A DNA stretch of 64,000 nucleotides from Bacillota bacterium (GTDB lineage Bacteria; Bacillota; Limnochordia; DTU087; JAAYGB01), in assembly GCA_012727955.1 (NCBI GenBank), contig JAAYGB010000005.1, positions 41,800-105,799 of the forward strand, read 5' to 3'. The position numbers were made by a program, and so were the translations under genes. Below the pieces are notes generated by a model, which was not told the origin of the DNA, did not search any database, and saw nothing but the letters and a program-made list of their open reading frames with translations. Numbering within the stretch: position 1 is the stretch's first letter; every line of letters starts with the position of its first letter. This document shows positions 38,897 through 46,948 of the stretch, piece after piece.

Positions 38897-39730
38897 TTGC
38901 AGTCACAACGGACGCTGGCGAAATCCATCAGTTATGAAGGCCTTGGGCTTCATACTGGACGAACTATTCGGATGTCAATTCACCCGGCATCTCCCGACTC
39001 TGGCGTGGTGTTTCGGCGGGTAGATTTGCCCGAGAGGCTCGAAATTCCGGCTAGGCTGGAGAACGTAGTTGATACCAGGTTGAACACTACTTTGGGTATT
39101 GGTACCGTCAAGGTTATGACGGTGGAACATCTTCTGGCTAGTCTGTCAGGGATGGGCGTCGACAACGCTATTGTCGAGTTAGATGGCGGTGAAGTTCCCG
39201 TCGGGGATGGCAGCGCCGAGTTGTTTTGTCGCTTGATCCAAGAGGCGGGAGTCGTCGATCAGCCACAGGCTCGAGTCTATCGGGGTTTATCATCGCCGGT
39301 CAGTGTCTCCGACAAGGGCCGGTATATGGTTGCCTTACCTGCCGATGAGTTCAGGATATCCTTTACCTTTGTTACCGATCATCCCGTAATCGGTACCCAG
39401 TACGCCGATTATGCAATTACCGAGGAGGTATTTCGGGAGCAGCTGGCTGCGGCCCGAACCTTTGCCTTTGCTCATCAAGTCGAAGAGATGCGGCGACAGG
39501 GAAGGGCTCTGGGGGGAAGTTTGGATCTGGCTGTGGTGGTGGGGGACGAAGGATACGTGAACGAACTGAGATTCCCCGACGAGATTGTCCGGCATAAGAT
39601 TCTGGATATTGTGGGTGACCTGGCTTTGCTGGGGCCGATGAAGATGCATATCATTGCCATCAAGTCCGGTCATCAGCTGGATGCCTGGTTGGCACAGCGA
39701 ATTTCCGAAGTAGCAGTTGGATGGAATTGA
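38897..39730 (+). CDS. lpxC: UDP-3-O-acyl-N-acetylglucosamine deacetylase LpxC
   Basis: 277 aa; 'QRTLAKSISYEGLGLHTGRTIRMSIHPASPDSGVVFRRVDL' and 'TVEHLLASLSGMGVDNAIVELDGGEVPVGDGSA' are canonical LpxC blocks; HKxLD-like 'VRHKILDIVGDL'. Confidence 0.92.
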   Translation: MQSQRTLAKSISYEGLGLHTGRTIRMSIHPASPDSGVVFRRVDLPERLEIPARLENVVDTRLNTTLGIGTVKVMTVEHLLASLSGMGVDNAIVELDGGEVPVGDGSAELFCRLIQEAGVVDQPQARVYRGLSSPVSVSDKGRYMVALPADEFRISFTFVTDHPVIGTQYADYAITEEVFREQLAAARTFAFAHQVEEMRRQGRALGGSLDLAVVVGDEGYVNELRFPDEIVRHKILDIVGDLALLGPMKMHIIAIKSGHQLDAWLAQRISEVAVGWN

Positions 39731-39819
39731 CAGGAATAGAGGAGGCGACCTTGTCTCAATAATGTATGTGAGGGATGTTTTTCCTCAGAGTACAAATATT
39801 TACTAAGGAGGTCAACTCT

Positions 39820-40803
39820 TTGCGCGCAATTCTGCCTTTAGCCGGGATCGGTAGCCGATTGCGACCTCATACCCACACCCTACCTAAATCCTTGGTACCG
39901 GTAGCGGGCAAACCTATCTTGGGACATATTCTCGACCGGTTGATTCCCGTTGGAGTAAGTGAAGTGGTCTTGATCGTCGGTCAGATGGGTGACATGATCG
40001 TAGACTACGTCAGTGAGAACTATAATTTTGTCGTCCGCGTGGTCAATCAGGAGGAGAGACGGGGTCTTGGTCATGCCGTCTACCTATCTCGAGAACATGT
40101 CGACCCGGCGGAGCCGGTGCTGATTGTTTTGGGCGACACCATCGTCGAAGCTGATTTGGCAGCGGTGGTCAGAAGTCCCCACAGCGTCTTGGGGGTACGG
40201 GAGGTGGACAATCCCCAAAGTTTCGGCGTTGTCTCTTTGGAAGGAGATCGTATCGCTGACCTGGTGGAGAAGCCAGCCAACCCGCCGTCGAACCTAGCAG
40301 TGGTGGGGGTCTATTACATCAAGAACACTGCTCTGTTGCTTAATTGTCTGGAATACATAATCGATCAGGGAATTACCTTGAAGGGCGAATTTCAGCTCAC
40401 CGATGCCCTGCGCCGGATGATTAAACTGGGCGAACCCATGGGTGTTTTCCCAGTGGAAAGCTGGTTTGACTGTGGTAATCCCGAGAGCCTGTTGGCCACC
40501 AATCGATATCTCTTGGACCGGGATGGAGCCGTTAGTGCTCCCCTGCAAAATACGGTGGTAATTCCCCCAGTACATATTGCCAGAACTGCTAGGGTAGCCA
40601 ACAGTGTCGTCGGCCCCTATGTGTCGGTAGCTGATCATGCCGTGGTGGAGAACTGCCTGATCAGGGACAGCATCCTCAACGAAGGCGCAGTTGTGCGGGA
40701 CATTACCTTAGATGGGTCTTTAATCGGACATAACGCTGTCGTCACTGGTCGGTACACTAAGCTGAATATCGGGGACTCTTCGGAGATCATTTCCGGTTCC
40801 TAG
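39820..40803 (+). CDS. sugar-1-phosphate nucleotidyltransferase with C-terminal hexapeptide (LbH) domain
   Basis: TTG 39820 after an AAGGAGGT RBS; 'AILPLAGIGSRLRPHTHTLPKSLVPVAGKPIL' is the NTP_transferase G-rich loop; 'LVEKP' motif; C-terminal hexapeptide repeats. Confidence 0.75.
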   Translation: MRAILPLAGIGSRLRPHTHTLPKSLVPVAGKPILGHILDRLIPVGVSEVVLIVGQMGDMIVDYVSENYNFVVRVVNQEERRGLGHAVYLSREHVDPAEPVLIVLGDTIVEADLAAVVRSPHSVLGVREVDNPQSFGVVSLEGDRIADLVEKPANPPSNLAVVGVYYIKNTALLLNCLEYIIDQGITLKGEFQLTDALRRMIKLGEPMGVFPVESWFDCGNPESLLATNRYLLDRDGAVSAPLQNTVVIPPVHIARTARVANSVVGPYVSVADHAVVENCLIRDSILNEGAVVRDITLDGSLIGHNAVVTGRYTKLNIGDSSEIISGS

Positions 40804-40872
40804 GGGGCAGAGTCCGGGAAACCGACGAGAAAAAACAGGATGGGATGGCAGTTGTTATTCCCATCCATTAGC

Positions 40873-40901
40873 TTGACACGTCTACGGGCGCAGGGTACAA
40901 T
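40873..40901 (+). promoter_or_regulatory. consensus sigma-70/sigma-A promoter (TTGACA-17-TACAAT) upstream of fabZ-lpxA
   Basis: ttgaca 40873-40878, 17-nt spacer, tacaat 40896-40901; fabZ ATG at 40966. Confidence 0.6.
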
Positions 40902-40965
40902 GGTAGCAGCCTTGCTTCCAGGTACTAATTTGTGCCCGAACAAATTGGTAAAGGAAGATTTTCAT

Positions 40966-41409
40966 ATGTTAGATATTCTTGAAATCCAAAACAGAATTCC
41001 CCATCGCTTTCCCTTTTTGATGGTGGATCGAGTCCTGGAGTTGGAGCCAGGTATTCGGGCAGTTGGATTGAAGAACTTGACCATCAACGAGCAATTCTTC
41101 TCTGGTCATTATCCCCAGCGCCCTATTATGCCAGGGGTTCTGATGCTTGAGGCTATGGCTCAAGTCGGGGGATTGGCGGTGATCAAGGATGGAGTGGCCA
41201 GCGGTCAGGTTCCTTTGTTAACCGGGATCGACAAAGCTCGCTTTCGGCGAGTCGTGGTTCCCGGCGACCAACTTCGCATTGAAGTTGAAGTCACTCAGTT
41301 GCGCAGGTCCTTGGCCAAGTGCAAGGGCTATTGTTATGTAGAAGATGAGCTGGCTGCCGAAGCGGATTTGATGTTTGTGGTGGCCCCTGCCGACAAGGTC
41401 GGACAGTAA
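40966..41409 (+). CDS. fabZ: 3-hydroxyacyl-ACP dehydratase FabZ
   Basis: ATG 40966 (RBS aaaggaag); 'MLDILEIQNRIPHRFPFLMVDRVLELEPG...FFSGHYPQRPIMPGVLMLEAMAQVGG' is the hot-dog FabZ signature. Confidence 0.92.
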   Translation: MLDILEIQNRIPHRFPFLMVDRVLELEPGIRAVGLKNLTINEQFFSGHYPQRPIMPGVLMLEAMAQVGGLAVIKDGVASGQVPLLTGIDKARFRRVVVPGDQLRIEVEVTQLRRSLAKCKGYCYVEDELAAEADLMFVVAPADKVGQ

Positions 41410-41476
41410 CGGTCACCTGTACAAACTTAAGCTGACTTTGGGGATTGTGCCATGGGCAGCCGGAAGGGGAACAGGA

Positions 41477-42295
41477 ATGAGCACAAAGGAAAAGCCGGGA
41501 AATAATGTCATCCCTTTGCGTCAGAAGATACACGAGACTGCGATTGTTCATCCCAATGCAGTGATTGGTTCCGGCGTTACTATCGGTCCCTATTCGATTA
41601 TTGGTGAAAATGTAGAGATCGGTGACGGGACAGAGATCGGAGCCCACGTGGTTATAGAGGGATGGACGACGATTGGTAAGAATAATAAAATTTATACCGG
41701 TGCAATTATAGGAAATGAGCCCCAGGATCTGAAGTTCAAAGGGGAAAAAAGCTATCTCTTCATTGGAGATAACAACATCATTCGGGAGTATGCTACCATC
41801 AGCCGAGGTACCGAAGGTGGTGGAGGCGAAACTCGAATTGGCAACAGTTGCTTGATCATGTCTTACGTTCACGTGGCCCATGATTGTCAGATCGGGAATA
41901 ATGTCATCATTGCTCATGGCACTGGAATAGCCGGCCACGTTACCGTTGAGGACAGTGCTGTTTTTGGTGGGTTAGTTGGAGTCCATCAGTTCACCAAAGT
42001 CGGGCGGATGGCGATGATCGGCGCCCATACCATGGTAACCAAAGATGTGCCTCCATACCTTCTCGTCGATGGAAATCCCGCTAAAGCCTACGGTATCAAT
42101 ATAGTTGGCTTGAGACGCAATGGATTAAGTCCCGAGGTTAGAGCCGAAATTAAGCGCGCCTATAAGATTTTGTACCGTTCTAATTTGACTATATCCGAGG
42201 CCATCGAACAAATGGAGCAGGAGTTGGCCGGTTCTCCAGAAATCGATCATTTCCTCCGCTTCTTGAGATCCGTGGATCGTGGTATTTGTCGTTAG
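41477..42295 (+). CDS. lpxA: acyl-ACP--UDP-N-acetylglucosamine O-acyltransferase LpxA
   Basis: ATG 41477 (RBS ggaagggga); 'IHETAIVHPNAVIGSGVTIGPYSIIGENVEIGDGTEIGAHVVI' hexapeptide repeats with LpxA-type C-terminal helical domain 'GLRRNGLSPEVRAEIKRAYKILYRS'. Confidence 0.9.
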   Translation: MSTKEKPGNNVIPLRQKIHETAIVHPNAVIGSGVTIGPYSIIGENVEIGDGTEIGAHVVIEGWTTIGKNNKIYTGAIIGNEPQDLKFKGEKSYLFIGDNNIIREYATISRGTEGGGGETRIGNSCLIMSYVHVAHDCQIGNNVIIAHGTGIAGHVTVEDSAVFGGLVGVHQFTKVGRMAMIGAHTMVTKDVPPYLLVDGNPAKAYGINIVGLRRNGLSPEVRAEIKRAYKILYRSNLTISEAIEQMEQELAGSPEIDHFLRFLRSVDRGICR

Positions 42296-42313
42296 GATAA
42301 GGTAGGAGATCTT

Positions 42314-42928
42314 ATGACCCAGTCAAAAAGCGTGTTCCTAAGGGCAAAGGAGTGCGCCTCCCTGTCGTTGCCTGAAACGCTGTACAAGATCCGGGGGATC
42401 CTGCCTTTGCCTCTACTGTTACTCAGCATCCTGTGGTCTCGTCCGAATCCCCAGTCCTTGACCTGGGGTTTGGTCCTGGTTGCAGGGGGAGAACTAGTTC
42501 GCCTCTGGGTAGCGGGGTTTCTCGGTGGACAGCCAATAGAGCAACGGGACGGGTTGCCCTTAGTGGAGCATGGTCCCTATAGTTTGATGCGGCATCCCCG
42601 CCAGATTGGGAATTTCCTCATTGGGATGGGATTAAGTGTCGCTGCAAACTGGTGGATCGGATACCTGCTCTATTTCGGCTATTGCCTCCTTGTGATTCGG
42701 GTATTGATTCCCGTGGAAGAGGATGTCTTGGTGGCCAGCTATGGTGATGAGTATCGCCAATATTGTGCTAGGGTACATCGCTTTCGTCCGAAGGTTAGCA
42801 AGGCCATCCTTAGCCGAGAGGGTTTTGCCGGGAAAGATGCCTTTGCCAGCGAGCGGTCGATGCTGTTCTTCATCGCTGCTATTGGGGCATGTTTTGCTGC
42901 AAAATGTTTGTTTCTGGTAACGGGATAG
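42314..42928 (+). CDS. integral-membrane SAM-dependent methyltransferase of the ICMT/PEMT family
   Basis: 204 aa; 4-5 TM; 'GPYSLMRHPRQIGNF' (G-x-Y-xxx-RHP-x-Y-x-G-like) and the C-terminal 'EEDVLVASYGDEYRQYCARVHRFRP' (EE..L...FG.EY..Y...V.R) motifs; nested between lpxA and lpxI. Confidence 0.6.
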   Translation: MTQSKSVFLRAKECASLSLPETLYKIRGILPLPLLLLSILWSRPNPQSLTWGLVLVAGGELVRLWVAGFLGGQPIEQRDGLPLVEHGPYSLMRHPRQIGNFLIGMGLSVAANWWIGYLLYFGYCLLVIRVLIPVEEDVLVASYGDEYRQYCARVHRFRPKVSKAILSREGFAGKDAFASERSMLFFIAAIGACFAAKCLFLVTG

Positions 42929-42948
42929 GTTGTCCTTTGCCGGTATGG

Positions 42949-42975
42949 GCCACTGGTTTCCAGTGGCTTTTTCTT
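42949..42975 (+). terminator. rho-independent terminator
   Basis: stem gccactgg/ccagtggc then ttttt. Confidence 0.7.
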
Positions 42976-43012
42976 TACCAATCTTCGCTTAGGTGGGACA
43001 GGGGGAAGTGAA

Positions 43013-43840
43013 ATGAAAATAGGTTTGCTGGCCGGTGAAGGGTTACTACCCTTTGCCTTTGCCGAGAATGCGAAAGCTATGGGGCACAGTGTGGTGGCGA
43101 TTCAGATCTTTGCTGCCAGGCCGGAACTTGCCTCCCACGTGGACAAGTTGCTGCAGATCCCGGTGGGGCAGTGGGGAAAGATTCTCAGTACCCTGCAGCA
43201 AGAGGCTGTTGATCGGGTGTATATGGTAGGGAAGGTTCCCAAGGGTCTGATGTACACCTCCATGGAATTTGATGCTCGTTTTCGGCAAATCATGGGGTCC
43301 CTGGCAGCCCGCAACGACGACGCTGTGGTGTTGGCCTTTATCGCGGACTTGGCTGCCCATGGACTTGAGGTTGGCTCCCAACTGGATATTCTGGAACCCT
43401 TGTTGGTTCGTCCTGGCGTCTTAACCGACCAGGCCCCTACTCCAGAGCAGTGGCAGGACATTGGATTTGGTTTTCCCATGGCTAAGGGCATCGGGCGCCT
43501 GGACATTGGACAGACGGTGGTGGTCAAGCATGCCGCGGTGGTGGCCGCTGAAGCCGTGGAGGGAACCGATGAGGCCATCCTGCGGGGAGGAGCTCTGGCC
43601 GGCCCCGGTACAGTAGTGGTGAAAGTGGCCAAACCCCATCAGGATCTTCGCTTTGATATCCCTACGGTGGGGGAGAGAACCCTGCAGTATATGGTTCGGG
43701 CCCAAGCCTCGGTACTGGCGGTGGAGGCCGGTGCCGTATTGATTGTTGAGGAGCCGCAGTTTGTTCGCCAGGCCAACGAACTAGGTATCGCCATCGTAGG
43801 CGTTTCCGATCAGGATGGGCAGGCAGGTGCTGACCAATGA
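43013..43840 (+). CDS. lpxI: UDP-2,3-diacylglucosamine hydrolase LpxI (DUF1009)
   Basis: 275 aa; N-term 'MKIGLLAGEGLLPFAFAENAKAMGHSVVAIQIF' and C-term 'DIGQTVVVKHAAVVAAEAVEGTDEAILRG...VVVKVAKPHQDLRFDIPTVGERT' match the LpxI family; overlaps lpxB start by 4 nt. Confidence 0.82.
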   Translation: MKIGLLAGEGLLPFAFAENAKAMGHSVVAIQIFAARPELASHVDKLLQIPVGQWGKILSTLQQEAVDRVYMVGKVPKGLMYTSMEFDARFRQIMGSLAARNDDAVVLAFIADLAAHGLEVGSQLDILEPLLVRPGVLTDQAPTPEQWQDIGFGFPMAKGIGRLDIGQTVVVKHAAVVAAEAVEGTDEAILRGGALAGPGTVVVKVAKPHQDLRFDIPTVGERTLQYMVRAQASVLAVEAGAVLIVEEPQFVRQANELGIAIVGVSDQDGQAGADQ

Positions 43841-44991
43841 AGGGCTACAAGGTGATGATCGTTGCGGGAGAAGCCTCGGGAGATCTCCACGGTTCCTACT
43901 TGGTCCAGAGCCTGAGGCGGCAAAATCCCGATATCCAGTTCTTCGGGATGGGTGGTCGCTTGATGCAAGAGGCCGGCGTTGAGCTGCTCTTTGATCCCAC
44001 CCAAATGTCCACCATTGGATTTGTGGAGGCGCTGAAAAGTTATCGGGTGCTAAAACGGGTTTTGTCCCGGCTGCGGGATGCCTTAGTGGAACGACGGCCC
44101 GATGTCCTAGTACTCATCGATTTTGGCGGCTTCAACATGCGCCTGGGTCCCATGGCCAAGGCAGCTAACATTCCTGTGGTCTACTACATTAGCCCAGCGG
44201 CATGGGCCTATGCCGAAGGCCGGGCCAAGAAGGTAGCCGCCTTTGCCGACAAAGTGGTGTCCATCTTTCCCTTTGAGTACGATGTATACAAGAAGGCTGG
44301 GGCCAACGTGGAGTTCGTCGGCCATCCCCTGTTGGATATCGTGCAGGTGGATGGCAGTAAAGCTGAGCTTTGCTCCCGACTGGACCTAGATCCGGAAAAT
44401 CCCATTATTGGACTTTTGCCGGGAAGCAGAGAGCAGGAGCTAAAGTCACTGTTTCCCAAGATGCTGGCTGCTGCCAGACTCATTGCCCAGGAGATTGCCG
44501 ATGTCCAATTCGTGGTTCCCCTGGCGTCCACGGTGTCTGACGTGGCGGCAGCCATCCTCGATGACTTGGATGCAAGGGATCTGAACCTAAGGATAGTGAC
44601 CGGTGAGGCCTATAGTGTGATGGCAGTCAGCGACTTGGCGGTGATCGCCTGCGGAACGGCTACCTTGGAGGCCGCGATCCTCGACACTCCCCAAGTGGCG
44701 ATTTACCAGGTGGCGCCGGTGACGGCCTTTATTGTACGGCGGGTGGTGCGCATCTCCCACTTTGCTCTGCCGAATATCATCATGGAGAAAGAGATTATTC
44801 CTGAGTTGATTCAGGAAGAGGTAACTACTGACAACATCGCTGGGACGGTACTGGAGCTGTGGAATCAGCCCGACCAAATAGCACAGATCCGTCGGGATTA
44901 TCAGGCGATGCGGACCAGACTGGGCAGTTCCGGAGCGGTGGACAGAGCTGCCGCTGCGGTACTACAGGCAGCCCGGCAAAGCTCACGGTAA
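43837..44991 (+). CDS. lpxB: lipid-A-disaccharide synthase LpxB
   Basis: 384 aa; 'KVMIVAGEASGDLHGSYLVQSL...IQFFGMGGRLMQEAGVELLFD' is the classical LpxB N-terminus; GT-B fold length. Confidence 0.92.
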   Translation: MKGYKVMIVAGEASGDLHGSYLVQSLRRQNPDIQFFGMGGRLMQEAGVELLFDPTQMSTIGFVEALKSYRVLKRVLSRLRDALVERRPDVLVLIDFGGFNMRLGPMAKAANIPVVYYISPAAWAYAEGRAKKVAAFADKVVSIFPFEYDVYKKAGANVEFVGHPLLDIVQVDGSKAELCSRLDLDPENPIIGLLPGSREQELKSLFPKMLAAARLIAQEIADVQFVVPLASTVSDVAAAILDDLDARDLNLRIVTGEAYSVMAVSDLAVIACGTATLEAAILDTPQVAIYQVAPVTAFIVRRVVRISHFALPNIIMEKEIIPELIQEEVTTDNIAGTVLELWNQPDQIAQIRRDYQAMRTRLGSSGAVDRAAAAVLQAARQSSR

Positions 44992-45117
44992 CTTGCTGCG
45001 AAGGACTGGTATGCCGGGATCTGGCTCTAGTGGTAGGGTTTGCGTAGAGGTATCCATGGGAAAATAGCGAATTTTGTTGTAGGGACAGGTATTCAGTTTG
45101 ATGAGGGAGAGTTTGTT

Positions 45118-45837
45118 TTGACCATCGTAGCCCAGGATCTGGTGAAGTCCTATCGCGGTCGAAGAGTTGTAGATCGAGTCTGTCTCGAGGTAGCTCGAGG
45201 TGAAGTAGTAGGCTTACTGGGGCCAAACGGGGCAGGGAAGACTACTACTTTTTACATGATCGTGGGATTAGAAAGGCCGGACTCTGGGAGCGTCCAGATC
45301 GACGGACAGGAGATTACCCCCTTACCGATGTATCGGCGCGCCCGGTTGGGAATTGGTTATCTGCCCCAGGAAGCATCGATTTTTCGCAAGTTGACGGTGA
45401 CGGAGAATATCTTAGCGATTTTAGAAGTTATGGGGTTGGATAAAAGACAACGACAGCAGCGCCTGGAGGAGCTGTTGGAGGAATTTGACCTGGGGCATGT
45501 CAGGAATCAGCAGGGCGTGATGTTGTCCGGGGGAGAGCGGCGTCGAGTGGAAATCGCTCGGGCTCTGGCAACAAACCCGGCTTTCATCCTGTTGGATGAA
45601 CCCTTCGCCGGGGTCGACCCCATCGCGGTGGCCGATATCCAGACGATAGTGGCTTACCTGAAGAAGCGGGGTTTGGGGGTATTGATCACCGATCATAACG
45701 TGAGAGAGACCCTGGCCATCACCGATCGAGCCTATATTATGCATCAGGGCAAGATCCTAGTTTCTGGCTCCGCCGAGGAAATCGCCACCAACGAGACTGC
45801 CCGCAAGTTTTACCTGGGAGAGCGGTTTAGCCTATGA
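45118..45837 (+). CDS. lptB: LPS export ABC transporter ATP-binding protein LptB
   Basis: TTG 45118 after a GGAG RBS (the longer ORF from 45040 is unlikely); Walker A 'GPNGAGKTT', '[15 protein letters not shown]', LptB-type C-terminal '[33 protein letters not shown]'. Confidence 0.85.
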   Translation: MTIVAQDLVKSYRGRRVVDRVCLEVARGEVVGLLGPNGAGKTTTFYMIVGLERPDSGSVQIDGQEITPLPMYRRARLGIGYLPQEASIFRKLTVTENILAILEVMGLDKRQRQQRLEELLEEFDLGHVRNQQGVMLSGGERRRVEIARALATNPAFILLDEPFAGVDPIAVADIQTIVAYLKKRGLGVLITDHNVRETLAITDRAYIMHQGKILVSGSAEEIATNETARKFYLGERFSL

Positions 45838-46919
45838 GAATTCTAGATAAATATATAGCCAAGGAGACCATTTTGCCCGTCTTGTTTGGGATTGCCGCCT
45901 TCACCAGTATCTTCGTTGGCACCGAATTGATCGATATGGCTAAGTTGGTGGTCCGATATGGGGCACCGCTGAGTAAGGCGGTTTTGGTTTTCCTGTATAA
46001 TCTGCCGCAGATCTTTACCTACACCTTTCCGATGTCGGTACTTCTGGCAACGCTGTTGTCGATGAGTCGGCTGTCTTCTACCAGTGAGATTGTGGCAATG
46101 CAGGCCGGTGGCGTCAGCTTTCGGCGGATTATTGCACCGGTGTTGGTGGTGGCAGTAATCGTCACGGGAATGAGTTTTTTTATTAGTGAGAAGGTGGCCC
46201 CTAGGGCCAATGAACGCAGCGCCCTGTTGATGCTGGAGATTCGGGGTGGAAGTATCCCCACGGTGACCAGAAACGTTATTCTGCAGACGCACGAGCGGGG
46301 AATAATGAATTGGTTCCTGTATGCCGCCCGCTTTGACGCTAAGACTCAAATCATGCATGATGTGACGATTGTATCCCTAGACAACGGCAAGCCCGTTGAG
46401 AACACCTATGCGGAGCAGATTGTGTGGGATGAGACAGGATGGTATATGGAGAATGGAGTGACCAATCGCTTCAATGCCGATGGCCAGGTGGTGACGGTGA
46501 ACTTCGCTGGAGCCCGCCAGCCCGTGGATATCGGTCAGAAGCCGCAGGACATCGTTCGGGCCCAAAAGGACCCCGAAGAGATGAATATTCGGGAATTGTC
46601 GCAGCATATCAATATCCTAGCCAGTCAAGGCCGCAATGTCCGCGAGTTGCAGGTGAAGTGGCACTCGAAGTTAGCCATGCCCTTTGCTAGCCTGATCTTT
46701 GCTTTGGTGGGAGCTCCTTTGGGAATTCAGCCCCATAGATCGGCGACCTCCATTGGATTTGGGCTGTCAATTGTAGTTATTTTTATCTATTACGTGATTA
46801 TGACGGCGGGAGAGGCTCTAGCCCAAGGGGGATATCTGCCCCCGGTTGTCGGTGGTTGGATCGCCAATATTTTCTTTGTTGTTCTGGGATTGGGGTTGTT
46901 GTTTCGTTCTTCTCGGTGA
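45834..46919 (+). CDS. lptG: LPS export ABC permease LptF/LptG family (YjgP/YjgQ)
   Basis: 361 aa; '[27 protein letters not shown]' is a typical LptF/G start; 3+3 TM with a periplasmic domain; translationally coupled to lptB. Confidence 0.82.
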   Translation: MRILDKYIAKETILPVLFGIAAFTSIFVGTELIDMAKLVVRYGAPLSKAVLVFLYNLPQIFTYTFPMSVLLATLLSMSRLSSTSEIVAMQAGGVSFRRIIAPVLVVAVIVTGMSFFISEKVAPRANERSALLMLEIRGGSIPTVTRNVILQTHERGIMNWFLYAARFDAKTQIMHDVTIVSLDNGKPVENTYAEQIVWDETGWYMENGVTNRFNADGQVVTVNFAGARQPVDIGQKPQDIVRAQKDPEEMNIRELSQHINILASQGRNVRELQVKWHSKLAMPFASLIFALVGAPLGIQPHRSATSIGFGLSIVVIFIYYVIMTAGEALAQGGYLPPVVGGWIANIFFVVLGLGLLFRSSR

Positions 46920-46948
46920 GGATCAAGGCGCTAAATTAAGCAGGAAGG

